Shown: positions 10,152 to 18,865 of the stretch, in pieces
Numbering within the stretch: the stretch's first letter is position 1
Layout of the letters: each line of letters begins with the position of its first letter
Assembly: GCA_964458675.1 (NCBI GenBank)
Contig: CAYWOZ010000001.1
Span: forward strand, 1-57,606
Direction: 5' to 3'
DNA: 57,606 bases
Source of the DNA: an uncultured Saprospiraceae bacterium
GTDB taxonomy: Bacteria > Bacteroidota > Bacteroidia > Chitinophagales > Saprospiraceae
The notes under the pieces: model-generated
What the model saw: only the letters and a program-made list of their open reading frames with translations
Told to the model about the DNA's origin: nothing
Database searches by the model: none
Translations under genes and position numbers: made by a program

Positions 10152-10565
10152 TTACTGTACAAGGACTCCTTTGTTTAGTACCACACCAGTCATTTCAAGC
10201 ATTCCAGTACATTGGGCTTTTACTTTTGCAGATTGCCCTTCTTTGAGATTGCTTGTATTTTGATCTTTGTCTAAAGTACACATGACGCCTTCCATCGCGC
10301 CTGGTTCTACAAATAAGAGAACTGTAGCTCCTTCGTGGTCTTTTGACATTTCGGATATCGTTCCGCTAAGCTCTATGGTTTTACCAATATATTTAATGTT
10401 TGATTTTTTTTCGTTTCCATTGTATTCTTGATACAAGGCAGAGGCCGATAGACTGTGGTCTACATCTTTTTTATCCACACTATCTCCAGACATGTTAAAT
10501 GCATAGAAGACACCTCCTGAAATTAGTAAAATCAATACAAGCGCACCCCAAAGTATTTTTTTCAT
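10152..10565 (-). CDS. OB-fold (tRNA_anti-like) membrane-anchored protein
   Basis: 137 aa. N-terminal TM segment, then a pattern typical of Bacteroidota tRNA_anti-like/OB-fold proteins (SASALYQEYNGNEKKSNIKYIGKTIELSGTI). Confidence 0.55.
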   Translation of the reverse strand: MKKILWGALVLILLISGGVFYAFNMSGDSVDKKDVDHSLSASALYQEYNGNEKKSNIKYIGKTIELSGTISEMSKDHEGATVLLFVEPGAMEGVMCTLDKDQNTSNLKEGQSAKVKAQCTGMLEMTGVVLNKGVLVQ

Positions 10566-10594
10566 AATCGTTTTATTTTGATAGGACTTAATAT

Positions 10595-11206
10595 TTATGG
10601 TCTAATGATAGGTCTTAGTTTCATATCCGCTTCAATATAGAAATCTCGCGATAGGCCTAGTTTATCTGTAGAAATATTGACCACAGCGGGTAAGTGCTCA
10701 CGCATCAGTTCATTTATCTTTTGCAAGCTTTCTTCTTCTATCTTCATTTTGAATTTCGCGTTGCTACTAAGCGAACCATCTTTTTCTACGATTAGGGTGC
10801 CTGTAGTATTCATTACTCGCTTGTATCCCCAGATGAACAAATTGCCCTTCACTTTTATACTGTATTCTCCAGGTTTGTCTAACTTGACTTGCTTCAAGTT
10901 GATTACTCTACCTTCAAATAAAATCTTTGGCTTAGCCACTACGTTGATTCGCTTATCACTTATGATGCGATCTGCAAGTCCTAAGTCAAATACAAATGAC
11001 TTCAATAGCCCTTGAAATTTGAGGCTACCATCTTCAGCATTAAAAGTCGCAGCTATCTGGTAGTTGTCGGCTTCTACATCCATCAAGTCGCTATATGCGT
11101 TGACTTTGACGTGACCTGTACGAGTGAAATATTGTTCTTGAGCTATGCTGTACTGGCCAATAAATAGAAAAGAAAGAGATATCAAAAATATCTTATATAT
11201 GTTCAA
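10595..11206 (-). CDS. YceI-like domain protein (putative), secreted
   Basis: 203 aa with a signal peptide. The pattern TGHVKVNAYSDLMDVEADNYQIAATFNAEDGSLKFQGLLKSFVF resembles Bacteroidota YceI-family proteins. Assignment is by pattern only. Confidence 0.4.
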   Translation of the reverse strand: MNIYKIFLISLSFLFIGQYSIAQEQYFTRTGHVKVNAYSDLMDVEADNYQIAATFNAEDGSLKFQGLLKSFVFDLGLADRIISDKRINVVAKPKILFEGRVINLKQVKLDKPGEYSIKVKGNLFIWGYKRVMNTTGTLIVEKDGSLSSNAKFKMKIEEESLQKINELMREHLPAVVNISTDKLGLSRDFYIEADMKLRPIIRP

Positions 11207-11362
11207 AGCTTAAATTTTATTGTTAACCTTATTGCTATCTATACAAAGTAAGCAGAAATCTAATCCAATTCAAAAAGTTTAACGAATCCTTAGTATTAAA
11301 ACACCTACTTGTACAATAAAACATGAAGGTGTTTTTATGGTACTAATAAATGCGAAGACTTT

Positions 11363-13411
11363 CTAGTCCTTTAAAAATTCCATTACCTTATCATATACAC
11401 TTTCAGCGGTGAACCCAAACTTTTCATCTAGCACAGTATATGGAGCTGAATACCCAAAATGATTAAGCCCATGTACTCTACCTCGCGCACCTACCAATCC
11501 TTCTAAGGTTACAGACAATCCTGCTGTCAATCCAAATATCGGAACATCTCCAGGTAGTATGGAATCTTGGTAGTCATGACTTTGCTTTCTGAATAGTCCC
11601 TCAGAAGGTGCCGATACTAAACGTACTCTTAAGTTTTGCTTTTCCTTGAGTAGTTTCATTCCATCATATAAGGTAGATACTTCTGATCCATTACCAAGCA
11701 GAATGATATCAAGGTCTCCTTTGTCTTCCGTTACGATATATGCTCCTTTTTCAGCTTGCTGTGCATTTGCATACCTATTGCCGATAGGAAGATCCTGCAC
11801 CCCTTGTCTAGACAAAATCATTCCCGTTGGTGTGGCTGTATTTTCGAGTGCCATTTTCCAAGCAACAGTAGTCTCATCTCCATCGCATGGGCGCAATGCC
11901 AATAAGGAATTTAGACCAGAATGATTTTGTAATTTTTCCAGTAAACGGAGCTGTGCCTCTTGTTCGATAGGCTGATGAGTGGGGCCATCTTCTCCTACAC
12001 GGAATGCATCGTGTGTCCAAATAAATATGACTTGCGTTTCCATTAGGGCAGCCACTCTCATAGCTGGTTTCATATAGTCTGAGAATGCGAAGAATGTAGC
12101 ACATGCAGGAATCACTCCACCATGTAGTCCCATACCAGTAGCCATTGCAGCCATCGTGAGTTCTGCTACTCCAGCTTGCAAAAACTTGCCGCTGAAATCA
12201 CCACGAGTAAACGCAGTCGTCTTTTTAAGGTAATTTTCTGTCTTATCACTATTACTTAAGTCAGCACTCATAACGACTAAATTGTCTAGCTGGTCTCCTA
12301 ACATAGCGAGTACTTTGCCTGAGGCATCACGAGTTGCTTTATTGGCCACTTGTTCAAATGCATCCCAATCTAAATGATCCAATTTTTTACGATGAAAGTC
12401 TTCAAATTTTTGAGCTAGTTTTGGATTAGTGCTAGTCCAGGTCTTCCATTCATTTTTGCGTTCTGCCGCTGCTTTACGCTTCTTGTCTAAAACAGTATTA
12501 TAGTGATCCGCCACGGCATCTAAGACCTGAAAGGGTTGCTCCGCATCGCCCCCGAGATTTCCAATAGTCTTGGCAAATGAAGCATTCGACTTGCCAAGCG
12601 GCTTTCCGTGTAATTCTACTTCTCCTTCGTAGGTATCACCAGCGTCATTCACCACACCTTTTCCCATTATAGTCTTACCGATGATGATAGTTGGGCGATT
12701 GGCTTCGTCTATACCTGCTTGTATAGCCCCTCTTATTTGTTCATGATCATTGCCGTCAATGGTGACTGTATGCCAACCCCATGCTTTGTATTTTGCAGCA
12801 GTATCTTCTCCGGTGACGTCATCTACGATGGTAGACAATTGGATATCATTTGCATCATAAAACATAACGATTTTACCTAAGCCTAAATGCCCTGCGATTC
12901 GACCAACACCCTGCGAGATCTCTTCTTGAATACCTCCGTCCGAAATGTATATATAAGTCATGTGTGCCGCTACCTCACCAAAGCGCGCCACCATAAATCG
13001 TTCTGCCACTGCAGCTCCTGCACCGAAGGCATGTCCGAGACCTAGTGGTCCAGACGTATTTTCTATGCCGCGTGCTATGTCTACCTCAGGATGACCTGGA
13101 GTAGGACTTCCCCATTGTCTAAAGTTTTGAATATCCTCTAATGAATAATTTCCAAGTAAGGTTTGCGTAGCGTAAAGCATCGCAGACATATGTCCAGCAT
13201 CTAGAAAAAAGCGATCTCTTAATGGCCAATGCATATCATCTGGATCATATTGCATAAAATCAGAGTATAGCACATGCATGAAATCAGCCCCTCCCATTGG
13301 TCCACCTGGATGTCCAGATTTAGCCTTTTCGACCATTGCAGCCGATAGTATTCTGATGTTATCTGCAGCCTGTACAGATATTGTTTTTTTGTTCTCAGCC
13401 AGTGTGTCCAT
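11363..13411 (-). CDS. tkt: transketolase
   Basis: TPP-binding motifs are present (SGHPGGPMG, GPLGLGHAFGAG, GEDGPTHQPIEQ). The ORF track extends to 13453, but the ATG at 13411 (MDTLAENKK) is preferred because a TATATTTG -7 box lies at 13436-13429 inside that extension. Confidence 0.9.
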   Translation of the reverse strand: MDTLAENKKTISVQAADNIRILSAAMVEKAKSGHPGGPMGGADFMHVLYSDFMQYDPDDMHWPLRDRFFLDAGHMSAMLYATQTLLGNYSLEDIQNFRQWGSPTPGHPEVDIARGIENTSGPLGLGHAFGAGAAVAERFMVARFGEVAAHMTYIYISDGGIQEEISQGVGRIAGHLGLGKIVMFYDANDIQLSTIVDDVTGEDTAAKYKAWGWHTVTIDGNDHEQIRGAIQAGIDEANRPTIIIGKTIMGKGVVNDAGDTYEGEVELHGKPLGKSNASFAKTIGNLGGDAEQPFQVLDAVADHYNTVLDKKRKAAAERKNEWKTWTSTNPKLAQKFEDFHRKKLDHLDWDAFEQVANKATRDASGKVLAMLGDQLDNLVVMSADLSNSDKTENYLKKTTAFTRGDFSGKFLQAGVAELTMAAMATGMGLHGGVIPACATFFAFSDYMKPAMRVAALMETQVIFIWTHDAFRVGEDGPTHQPIEQEAQLRLLEKLQNHSGLNSLLALRPCDGDETTVAWKMALENTATPTGMILSRQGVQDLPIGNRYANAQQAEKGAYIVTEDKGDLDIILLGNGSEVSTLYDGMKLLKEKQNLRVRLVSAPSEGLFRKQSHDYQDSILPGDVPIFGLTAGLSVTLEGLVGARGRVHGLNHFGYSAPYTVLDEKFGFTAESVYDKVMEFLKD

Positions 13412-13428
13412 ACCGTGTATTTTTTTTG

Positions 13429-13436
13429 CAAATATA
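13429..13436 (-). promoter_or_regulatory. candidate -7 box (TATATTTG) for tkt
   Basis: The minus strand reads TATATTTG 18 nt upstream of the ATG at 13411, matching TAnnTTTG. No well-spaced -33 TTG. Confidence 0.35.
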
Positions 13437-13497
13437 GTCAGAAATGTAAGCAATCGAGCGATTATACCAACTGTTTATATTAGAGATATGTATTATT

Positions 13498-13662
13498 TGG
13501 GGATGCCGCCAGTCCATGGAAAATGGACGGCGTCGGGTCGTCCATTATATCCTCTACCGAGTCGCGAAAAGCGCCTCCCTAGAAGATGCCATTTCCACCC
13601 CTCATCTCTACGTGCCTCCGGCGTGTCGGGCTCCACCTATTCGGTTGCGCGAAAGATGCAAA
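13498..13662. other. GC-rich intergenic island B with hairpins
   Basis: About 165 nt of clearly elevated GC in an AT-rich gap. Contains the hairpin GCCGCC(A)GTCCAT-GGAAA-ATGGACGGCG (13505-13532) and shares the 9-mer GTCGGGCTC with the complement of island A (10064-10072). Confidence 0.35.
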
Positions 13663-14035
13663 TAGCTAATTTACAGCAAGTATATTTTTGGAATGAGGCA
13701 TTTCTACTGGGTTTAATACTGATTTCAGACTATATATTAAGAAAACCAATATATTATCTTCAATAATCCAGCTTTTGGTTGCCGTAACAACTAAAAATGG
13801 TTACCTTGACAACCAATTTGTGGACTGTATTTTTAAAGTAGTACTTACGAGTCTCAGAAGACATTACTTATTTTGAATACATACAATATTGAAATGAATA
13901 GCTGCGTATAAACTATAATTTTTTAGAGCATTTTAAATATCGACCCTACTTTTATTTGTTTGCTCAATCATTAACAATGCACTTTACTAACATTTGGGTT
14001 TTGTTATTATTACCCATTTGTAAAATCATTAAGAG

Positions 14036-14233
14036 ATGGATACAGTAAATATAAGAAAAGATGACCAACGCAAGGAAGCTAAGCTAGACTCTAATAAAGG
14101 AAAAATGGGTATCGTTCCTAGAGAAACTTGGGAACAAAATGTATTTGATACCGATATGGATTATTTGATTAATCATTTTGCCTCTCACGATGCAAAAATT
14201 AATGAAAACTTTTATGAAAATTGTGATTCATAA
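14036..14233 (+). CDS. hypothetical small acidic protein (65 aa)
   Basis: The only ORF of 60 aa or more in the 1.3-kb gap 13454-14791. Hydrophilic with no motif. Coding status is uncertain. Confidence 0.3.
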   Translation: MDTVNIRKDDQRKEAKLDSNKGKMGIVPRETWEQNVFDTDMDYLINHFASHDAKINENFYENCDS

Positions 14234-14249
14234 AATCACTTATGAGTAC

Positions 14250-14534
14250 TTCTCTTAACCTCTTAAAGAATGTAAATTTCATTTAGGGTGTGACTGACTG
14301 TTGCCAAGCAATCTATGTCCTGTGGACATGGATAGGGAATAAACCGAAGCAAACTTGCTGAGGCATGAATCAGTCAAAAAGAAAGAGCAATTTATACGAC
14401 TTCTTGACGGCGTGCGAAGTAGTTCGAGATGATAAATGGAATAAAAAATTTACAAATTTTGATTACATCTTGAATGGGGTTAATGCTTATCTTAAAACCT
14501 AGATTCTTATCCTTCTCGAATTCCTGTAAACAGC
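14250..14534 (+). repeat. family-1 inverted-repeat element, copy C (full, large core)
   Basis: 5' arm TTCTCTTAACCTCTTAAAGAATGTAAATTTCATTTAG (14250-14286). 3' arm 14416-14484 is about 90% identical to 22569-22640 and 27986-28053. The GC-rich core has a 10-bp hairpin (14311-14333) and a closing stem TGACTGA/TCAGTCA. Extra 3' similarity to copy E (CTCGAATT..TGTAAA.CAGC) extends to 14534. Confidence 0.8.
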
Positions 14535-14791
14535 GTCCATAATCATGGTTTGTTGCTTTTTCAAAACTGATATTTCTCTTTACAATTCTTATTCAGGACC
14601 GGAGTGCCTGTTATTAACATAATAATTTGTTAAACAATATCAAATAAAGGTCACAATGCTGTATCTATCCCAGAATTCAGCATTATTGTACTAACTTCAT
14701 GTTATGTATAATTGGTACAGAAACAGTCAAGAGCTCTAATTTTTCTTCGGCGATATCAATAATATTCTAATCACAATATATAAAGCCACAC

Positions 14792-17602
14792 ATGCAATTT
14801 CGGTCTATATTAGCACTTCTATTCTTGTTTATCGGCCTTAGTCTATTTGCTCAAAAAACCAACTTCAATATTACAGGAGTGGTAACAGATACACTAGGAG
14901 AACCATTGATATCATCTACTATTCTTTTATTAGAAAAGCAAGATTCCACTATGGTAGAATTTACCAAATCGGAATTGAGTGGAGAATTCATTTTTAAGAA
15001 CATTCCCGCTGGTGATTACTTAGTGAAGACTACTTACATCGGGTATATCCCAACTTCTGTAGATGCGAGCGCCCATGATGGAAAGAATATTAACCTGGGA
15101 AATGTACAGATGAGTGAGCTGGCAGAAGAGCTAATGACTGTTGTGATAAAAGCGGCTAAAGCGCCCATCAAAATGAGAGGGGATACCATAGAATATGATG
15201 CCACAACTTTTCAAGTGCCTGAGGGCTCTACAGTAGAAGACCTGCTTAAACGACTGCCTGGAATAGAAGTCGAATCTGATGGTAGCATCCTTGCAGATGG
15301 CAAGAATGTAAATAAAGTAACCGTAGACGGTAAGTCATTTTTTGGGAGTAGTCCACAAGCGGCTACTAAAAATCTTCCTGCTGAAGGCATAGGTAAGGTG
15401 CAAGTTTTTGACACCAAGTCAGAACAAGAAGAAATAACTGGGGCTACTTCTGAAGCCAAAGAAAAAACAATGAACCTGACCCTAAAGGAAGAATTTAAGA
15501 AAGGAGCTTTTGGTAAAGTCATTGCTTCTGTGGGAACAGAAGACCGCTTGGAGTTAAAAGGAAACTACAATAAATTCAACAAGAAGATTCAGTTTAGCCT
15601 GGTAGGTGTAGGTAACAATACTGGGAGAAATGGTTTGTCCTGGGATGACTACCAAGATTTTATGGGGGCACAAGCCTGGAATTTTGGGGGAGGCACTGAC
15701 TACGGTTTTGGTGGCGGAAATACCAGATTCTTCTCCTTCGGTGGCGGAGGTGGAGGAATTGAAAGCAGCATTCGCTCCGTTTTTTTTAATAATGGCAGAA
15801 ATCAAGGTTTACCAGAAAATATTAATGGCGGGCTGAATTTTAACTATGATCACAATAAGAACAAAGCAAGTGCGGTCTACTATTATAATCAAGCTGGAAT
15901 CGTAAAGAATGGAAATTCTTCAAGCCAAAGCTTTTTTCAAGACTTAACCACTAATGAAGAATCTGTTAATTCAGGAGATGATATTTCCTTTTCGCATAGG
16001 GCAGAATTTGAATTGAGTAAGGAGATAGATTCCTTGCATTTTGTAAAGTTTTCTTTCAATGGAGCTCAGATCAACGAGAACGAATTTTCTAATGAATTTA
16101 CAAGTCGACGCTCAGATAATGGAATTTCGAGCATTGCGGATGTAGTTAATGATCTTGATACAGAAGGAGGTTTGGCTAACGGTCTTTTACTTCTAAGAAA
16201 GAAATTTAAAAAAAAGGGCAGAAGTCTAGGTTTAAATTCATCTATACTTTATACCGAGCTTAGAGAAGATTGGTCCCAAGAATCTATCACCAGAACTATT
16301 GATACACTTGGAATAGAAACTTCAGCAATAGTTAATCAGTCTAATAGCAATATTAGAGATAAGTTGCAATTCAAGGCGAATGCATTGTACGTAGAGCCAA
16401 TTGCCAAAAAGTTTTTCTGGCAAACATTCTACAATCATAGTAATCGTCAAGAGACTGGAGATCGAGTGATACAAGACAATGAGCAAAATGAACTCATATT
16501 AAATGAGGGCTTAAGCAGAATTTATGACAATTCTATAATCCTTAACAGGGTAGGTGCTTCCATCCGATATTCACATAATGGCATTAATCTAGCCCTAGGT
16601 CTAGCCTACCAAAATTTTGACTTGGCTGGAGAATTTTCTGGAGGGCAAAATGGAATAGTAGATAGGAGATTTGACAATTGGGTTCCAGATTTTTCTTTTG
16701 ATTTTGAGCCATTTAGCAATTCCTATGCGGGGGTATATTTTTCTAGATCTGCAACCGAGCCTAGTATTGAAGATCTCCAACCTGTAATCAATAATCTTAA
16801 TCCACAATATATTGTCATGGGTAATTCTGCTTTGACGCCAGAGATTTCGAATAATTATAGCGCAGATTTTAACAAGTCCTATCCGCTTTCCGGAACTAGA
16901 TTTAATGTCGGTGTAACTTTCAAAAATTACGACAATCAGTTTTCAAGGGATATAGTCATCATAGATTCTAGTTTAGTATCCTTCGTTACCCCAATAAATG
17001 TGGATGGGGGTACTAATTTTGAAATCAACTCTGGAATTAGCTTTCCAATTATCAAGAATAAAATAACTACTAGATTTAGAATAAGCGTAAGAGATCAGAA
17101 TAGGATTTCTTTCATTAATGGAGAAGAAAACAATACACAGACCATTTCTTATAATCCCTACCTAAGGTTTAATATTACACCTATAGAAAACATAGGGATT
17201 TATCTTACTGCTAGGGTAGACTATAGAGATACTCGCTATGATGTCAATCCTGAGCAAAACCAGAATATCATAAATGAAACTTATTCTGTAGAATTTTCTG
17301 CAAAGACTGTTTGGGATTTATTGCTTAGTGCCAATCTTGATTACGAGAGATTTAACAATGATAGATTTGGCTTGCAGAGAGATATTCCTGTCTTAGATCT
17401 CTCTGTCTCCCGTCCGTTTCTTAAAAAGAACAGAATGGAAGCACGATTATCTCTTTTTGATGTGTTTAACCAAAATGTAGGATTCAATTCTTTTGATAGT
17501 GTACAATCTGAAAATGTTATCCTAGGGCAATATTTATTGTTTAGTTTAACGTATAATATAAGGGGAGTGAAAAGCTCAGCGCAAAAGGATAGCTGGTACT
17601 AG
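14792..17602 (+). CDS. outer-membrane beta-barrel / TonB-dependent-receptor-like protein (CarboxypepD_reg + plug-like N-terminus)
   Basis: 936 aa. Signal peptide, a carboxypeptidase-regulatory-like domain (NITGVVTDTLGEPL...GDYLVKTTYIGY), a plug-like segment (TVEDLLKRLPGIEVESDG), a Gly-rich linker, and a long beta-rich C-terminus ending in an aromatic residue. Confidence 0.75.
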   Translation: MQFRSILALLFLFIGLSLFAQKTNFNITGVVTDTLGEPLISSTILLLEKQDSTMVEFTKSELSGEFIFKNIPAGDYLVKTTYIGYIPTSVDASAHDGKNINLGNVQMSELAEELMTVVIKAAKAPIKMRGDTIEYDATTFQVPEGSTVEDLLKRLPGIEVESDGSILADGKNVNKVTVDGKSFFGSSPQAATKNLPAEGIGKVQVFDTKSEQEEITGATSEAKEKTMNLTLKEEFKKGAFGKVIASVGTEDRLELKGNYNKFNKKIQFSLVGVGNNTGRNGLSWDDYQDFMGAQAWNFGGGTDYGFGGGNTRFFSFGGGGGGIESSIRSVFFNNGRNQGLPENINGGLNFNYDHNKNKASAVYYYNQAGIVKNGNSSSQSFFQDLTTNEESVNSGDDISFSHRAEFELSKEIDSLHFVKFSFNGAQINENEFSNEFTSRRSDNGISSIADVVNDLDTEGGLANGLLLLRKKFKKKGRSLGLNSSILYTELREDWSQESITRTIDTLGIETSAIVNQSNSNIRDKLQFKANALYVEPIAKKFFWQTFYNHSNRQETGDRVIQDNEQNELILNEGLSRIYDNSIILNRVGASIRYSHNGINLALGLAYQNFDLAGEFSGGQNGIVDRRFDNWVPDFSFDFEPFSNSYAGVYFSRSATEPSIEDLQPVINNLNPQYIVMGNSALTPEISNNYSADFNKSYPLSGTRFNVGVTFKNYDNQFSRDIVIIDSSLVSFVTPINVDGGTNFEINSGISFPIIKNKITTRFRISVRDQNRISFINGEENNTQTISYNPYLRFNITPIENIGIYLTARVDYRDTRYDVNPEQNQNIINETYSVEFSAKTVWDLLLSANLDYERFNNDRFGLQRDIPVLDLSVSRPFLKKNRMEARLSLFDVFNQNVGFNSFDSVQSENVILGQYLLFSLTYNIRGVKSSAQKDSWY

Positions 17603-17636
17603 TGAGCTGTTTTATTATATCAATTTAATTAAGAAT

Positions 17637-18383
17637 ATGAGATTTATTATCGTAATTATATTTTCTTTATTAGTATTTATGCCTATCGAGGCCCAACAAA
17701 AGGCGGAAGGTGTCATCACTTACAATCGAAAACAGAATTATATATCCATAATGTCAAAACTTCCACACATCACCCAAGAAGATGTAGATAGAATGTCCTT
17801 GACCTGGGGCAAGAATAGCGTTGGAGATGGAACTAACTATGAGCTTTATTTTAAAGACAACAAATCACTTTACACACGAAAAGAAGAAGAGTCATCTAAT
17901 GGCTATTCATGGAAGAAGTCTCAGTTTCTACTGATGAGAAACTATAAAGATAAGTCTCAAGAAGACCTCATCGAGACTTTAGGTAAAGTCTATCACATCA
18001 AAGAAGACTTACCTAGAACCAAGTGGAAGATCCTCAATGAAATCAAAGAAATATCTGGCTACCTGTGCATGAAGGCCGAAACAAAAAATGATGTCAAAGG
18101 CCAGACTATACATGCTTGGTTCACAGATGCTATCCCTGTATCAGGAGGGCCAGAAGGCTATGGTGGATTGCCTGGTATGATATTAGAAATAGATATCAAC
18201 GAGAAAGATGCAGTCATTACCGCTACCAAAGTAGCAATAGATCAAGAAGAAGTCAAGTTGCCTTACCCTAAAAAAATCAAAGGCAAAAATATAGAGAAAG
18301 TAGCTTATGATGCCTTAGTCAAAAAGTATATTGATGAAACGATAGCAGGGAAGAAAAACCCCTACTGGCGAGTGCGATATTAA
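17637..18383 (+). CDS. GLPGLI-family protein
   Basis: 248 aa with a signal peptide and the diagnostic GGLPGMILEI motif. The pairing with the preceding barrel protein is typical. Confidence 0.75.
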   Translation: MRFIIVIIFSLLVFMPIEAQQKAEGVITYNRKQNYISIMSKLPHITQEDVDRMSLTWGKNSVGDGTNYELYFKDNKSLYTRKEEESSNGYSWKKSQFLLMRNYKDKSQEDLIETLGKVYHIKEDLPRTKWKILNEIKEISGYLCMKAETKNDVKGQTIHAWFTDAIPVSGGPEGYGGLPGMILEIDINEKDAVITATKVAIDQEEVKLPYPKKIKGKNIEKVAYDALVKKYIDETIAGKKNPYWRVRY

Positions 18384-18404
18384 TAGAGCTGCCCTTGGAT
18401 ATAA

Positions 18405-18430
18405 CGTAAAAATAAATTTTTGATTACATC
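18405..18430 (+). repeat. family-1 3'-arm fragment (solo)
   Basis: AATAAATTTTTGATTACATC contains the exact 13-mer TTTTGATTACATC of the family-1 3' arm. It looks like a deletion derivative and lies 22-35 nt after the GLPGLI stop. Confidence 0.45.
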
Positions 18431-18712
18431 GTTTTATGATATTTTACTCTTAAAACGAGGTCATTCTAGTTTGCAATTTGTCATGATTTTTTAAATAAAA
18501 ATCTTGTCAAATTGGATTGTTCTCACATTTTACCCAGGGTTGAAATCCATGGCTATAGTCTTTTGTGCCTCCAGCACTTTTTTCTCTTACTTCTGAACTA
18601 CCCTGTTTAGTGTTCTCCTTTTTGACAATATACTTTGATATTCTTCCGCACATCCTAGCCTGATTGTGCTACACGAAGAGAATGCAAAACAATTTTTTTC
18701 TTAAAATATTTT

Positions 18713-18865
18713 GGACAAGCGATAGAAGCAGTGCGACCGTAGGAAGCAGTCCGAACCTTTGAAGCATAGCTTGTGGCCTAGCTGGTGAAGGACCAAGCTG
18801 CGCATAGCGCGGTGCCAATCCCGAGTGCTATGGGCGCAGGCTAGGGGATTGGTATGGCCCCAAAT
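18713..18865 (+). repeat. family-2 GC-rich element, copy D
   Basis: Starts GGACAAGCGAT and ends ATGGCCCCAAAT, identical to the termini of 31482-31628. Length is similar (153 vs 147 nt) but the core is unrelated and GC-rich. It has a terminal hairpin (CCAATCCC...GGGATTGG, 18815-18852) and an internal 17-nt tandem (AGAAGCAGTGCGACCGT/AGGAAGCAGTCCGAACC). Confidence 0.75.

Noticed and set aside
10027-10263. 78-aa plus-strand ORF starting inside island A
   Set aside because: It runs through the terminator hairpin and antisense into the OB-fold gene, so it is not credible as a gene.
13498-13662. GC islands (A, B, D, G, H) as known housekeeping RNAs or riboswitches (RNase P, tmRNA, SRP/4.5S, tRNA, TPP riboswitch ahead of tkt)
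   Set aside because: I looked for signature strings and found none convincingly: GAGGAAAGUCCGGGC for RNase P, GGAAGGAAGCAGC for the SRP helix 8, a tRNA-like T-arm GGTTCGAATCC, the tmRNA ends, and CUGAGA for TPP. Partial resemblances (GTCGGGCTCC, GGAAGCAG, GGTTCGGACT) lack the required flanking structure. A multi-copy element also cannot be a single-copy housekeeping RNA. cmscan is still needed for certainty.
13278-13766. 162-aa plus-strand ORF spanning the tkt 5' end and GC island B
   Set aside because: Its first half is antisense to transketolase and the rest reads through the GC-rich repeat-like island. It has no motif, so I treat it as a composition artefact.
18507-18653. 48-aa minus-strand ORF (MCGRISKYIVKKENTKQGSSEVREKSAGG-TKDYSHGFQPWVKCENNPI) resembling a GG-leader peptide precursor
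   Set aside because: The leader does not match the usual Bacteroidota GG-leader pattern. No peptidase-ABC exporter or modification enzyme is nearby, so there is no support beyond an ATG and a Gly-Gly.
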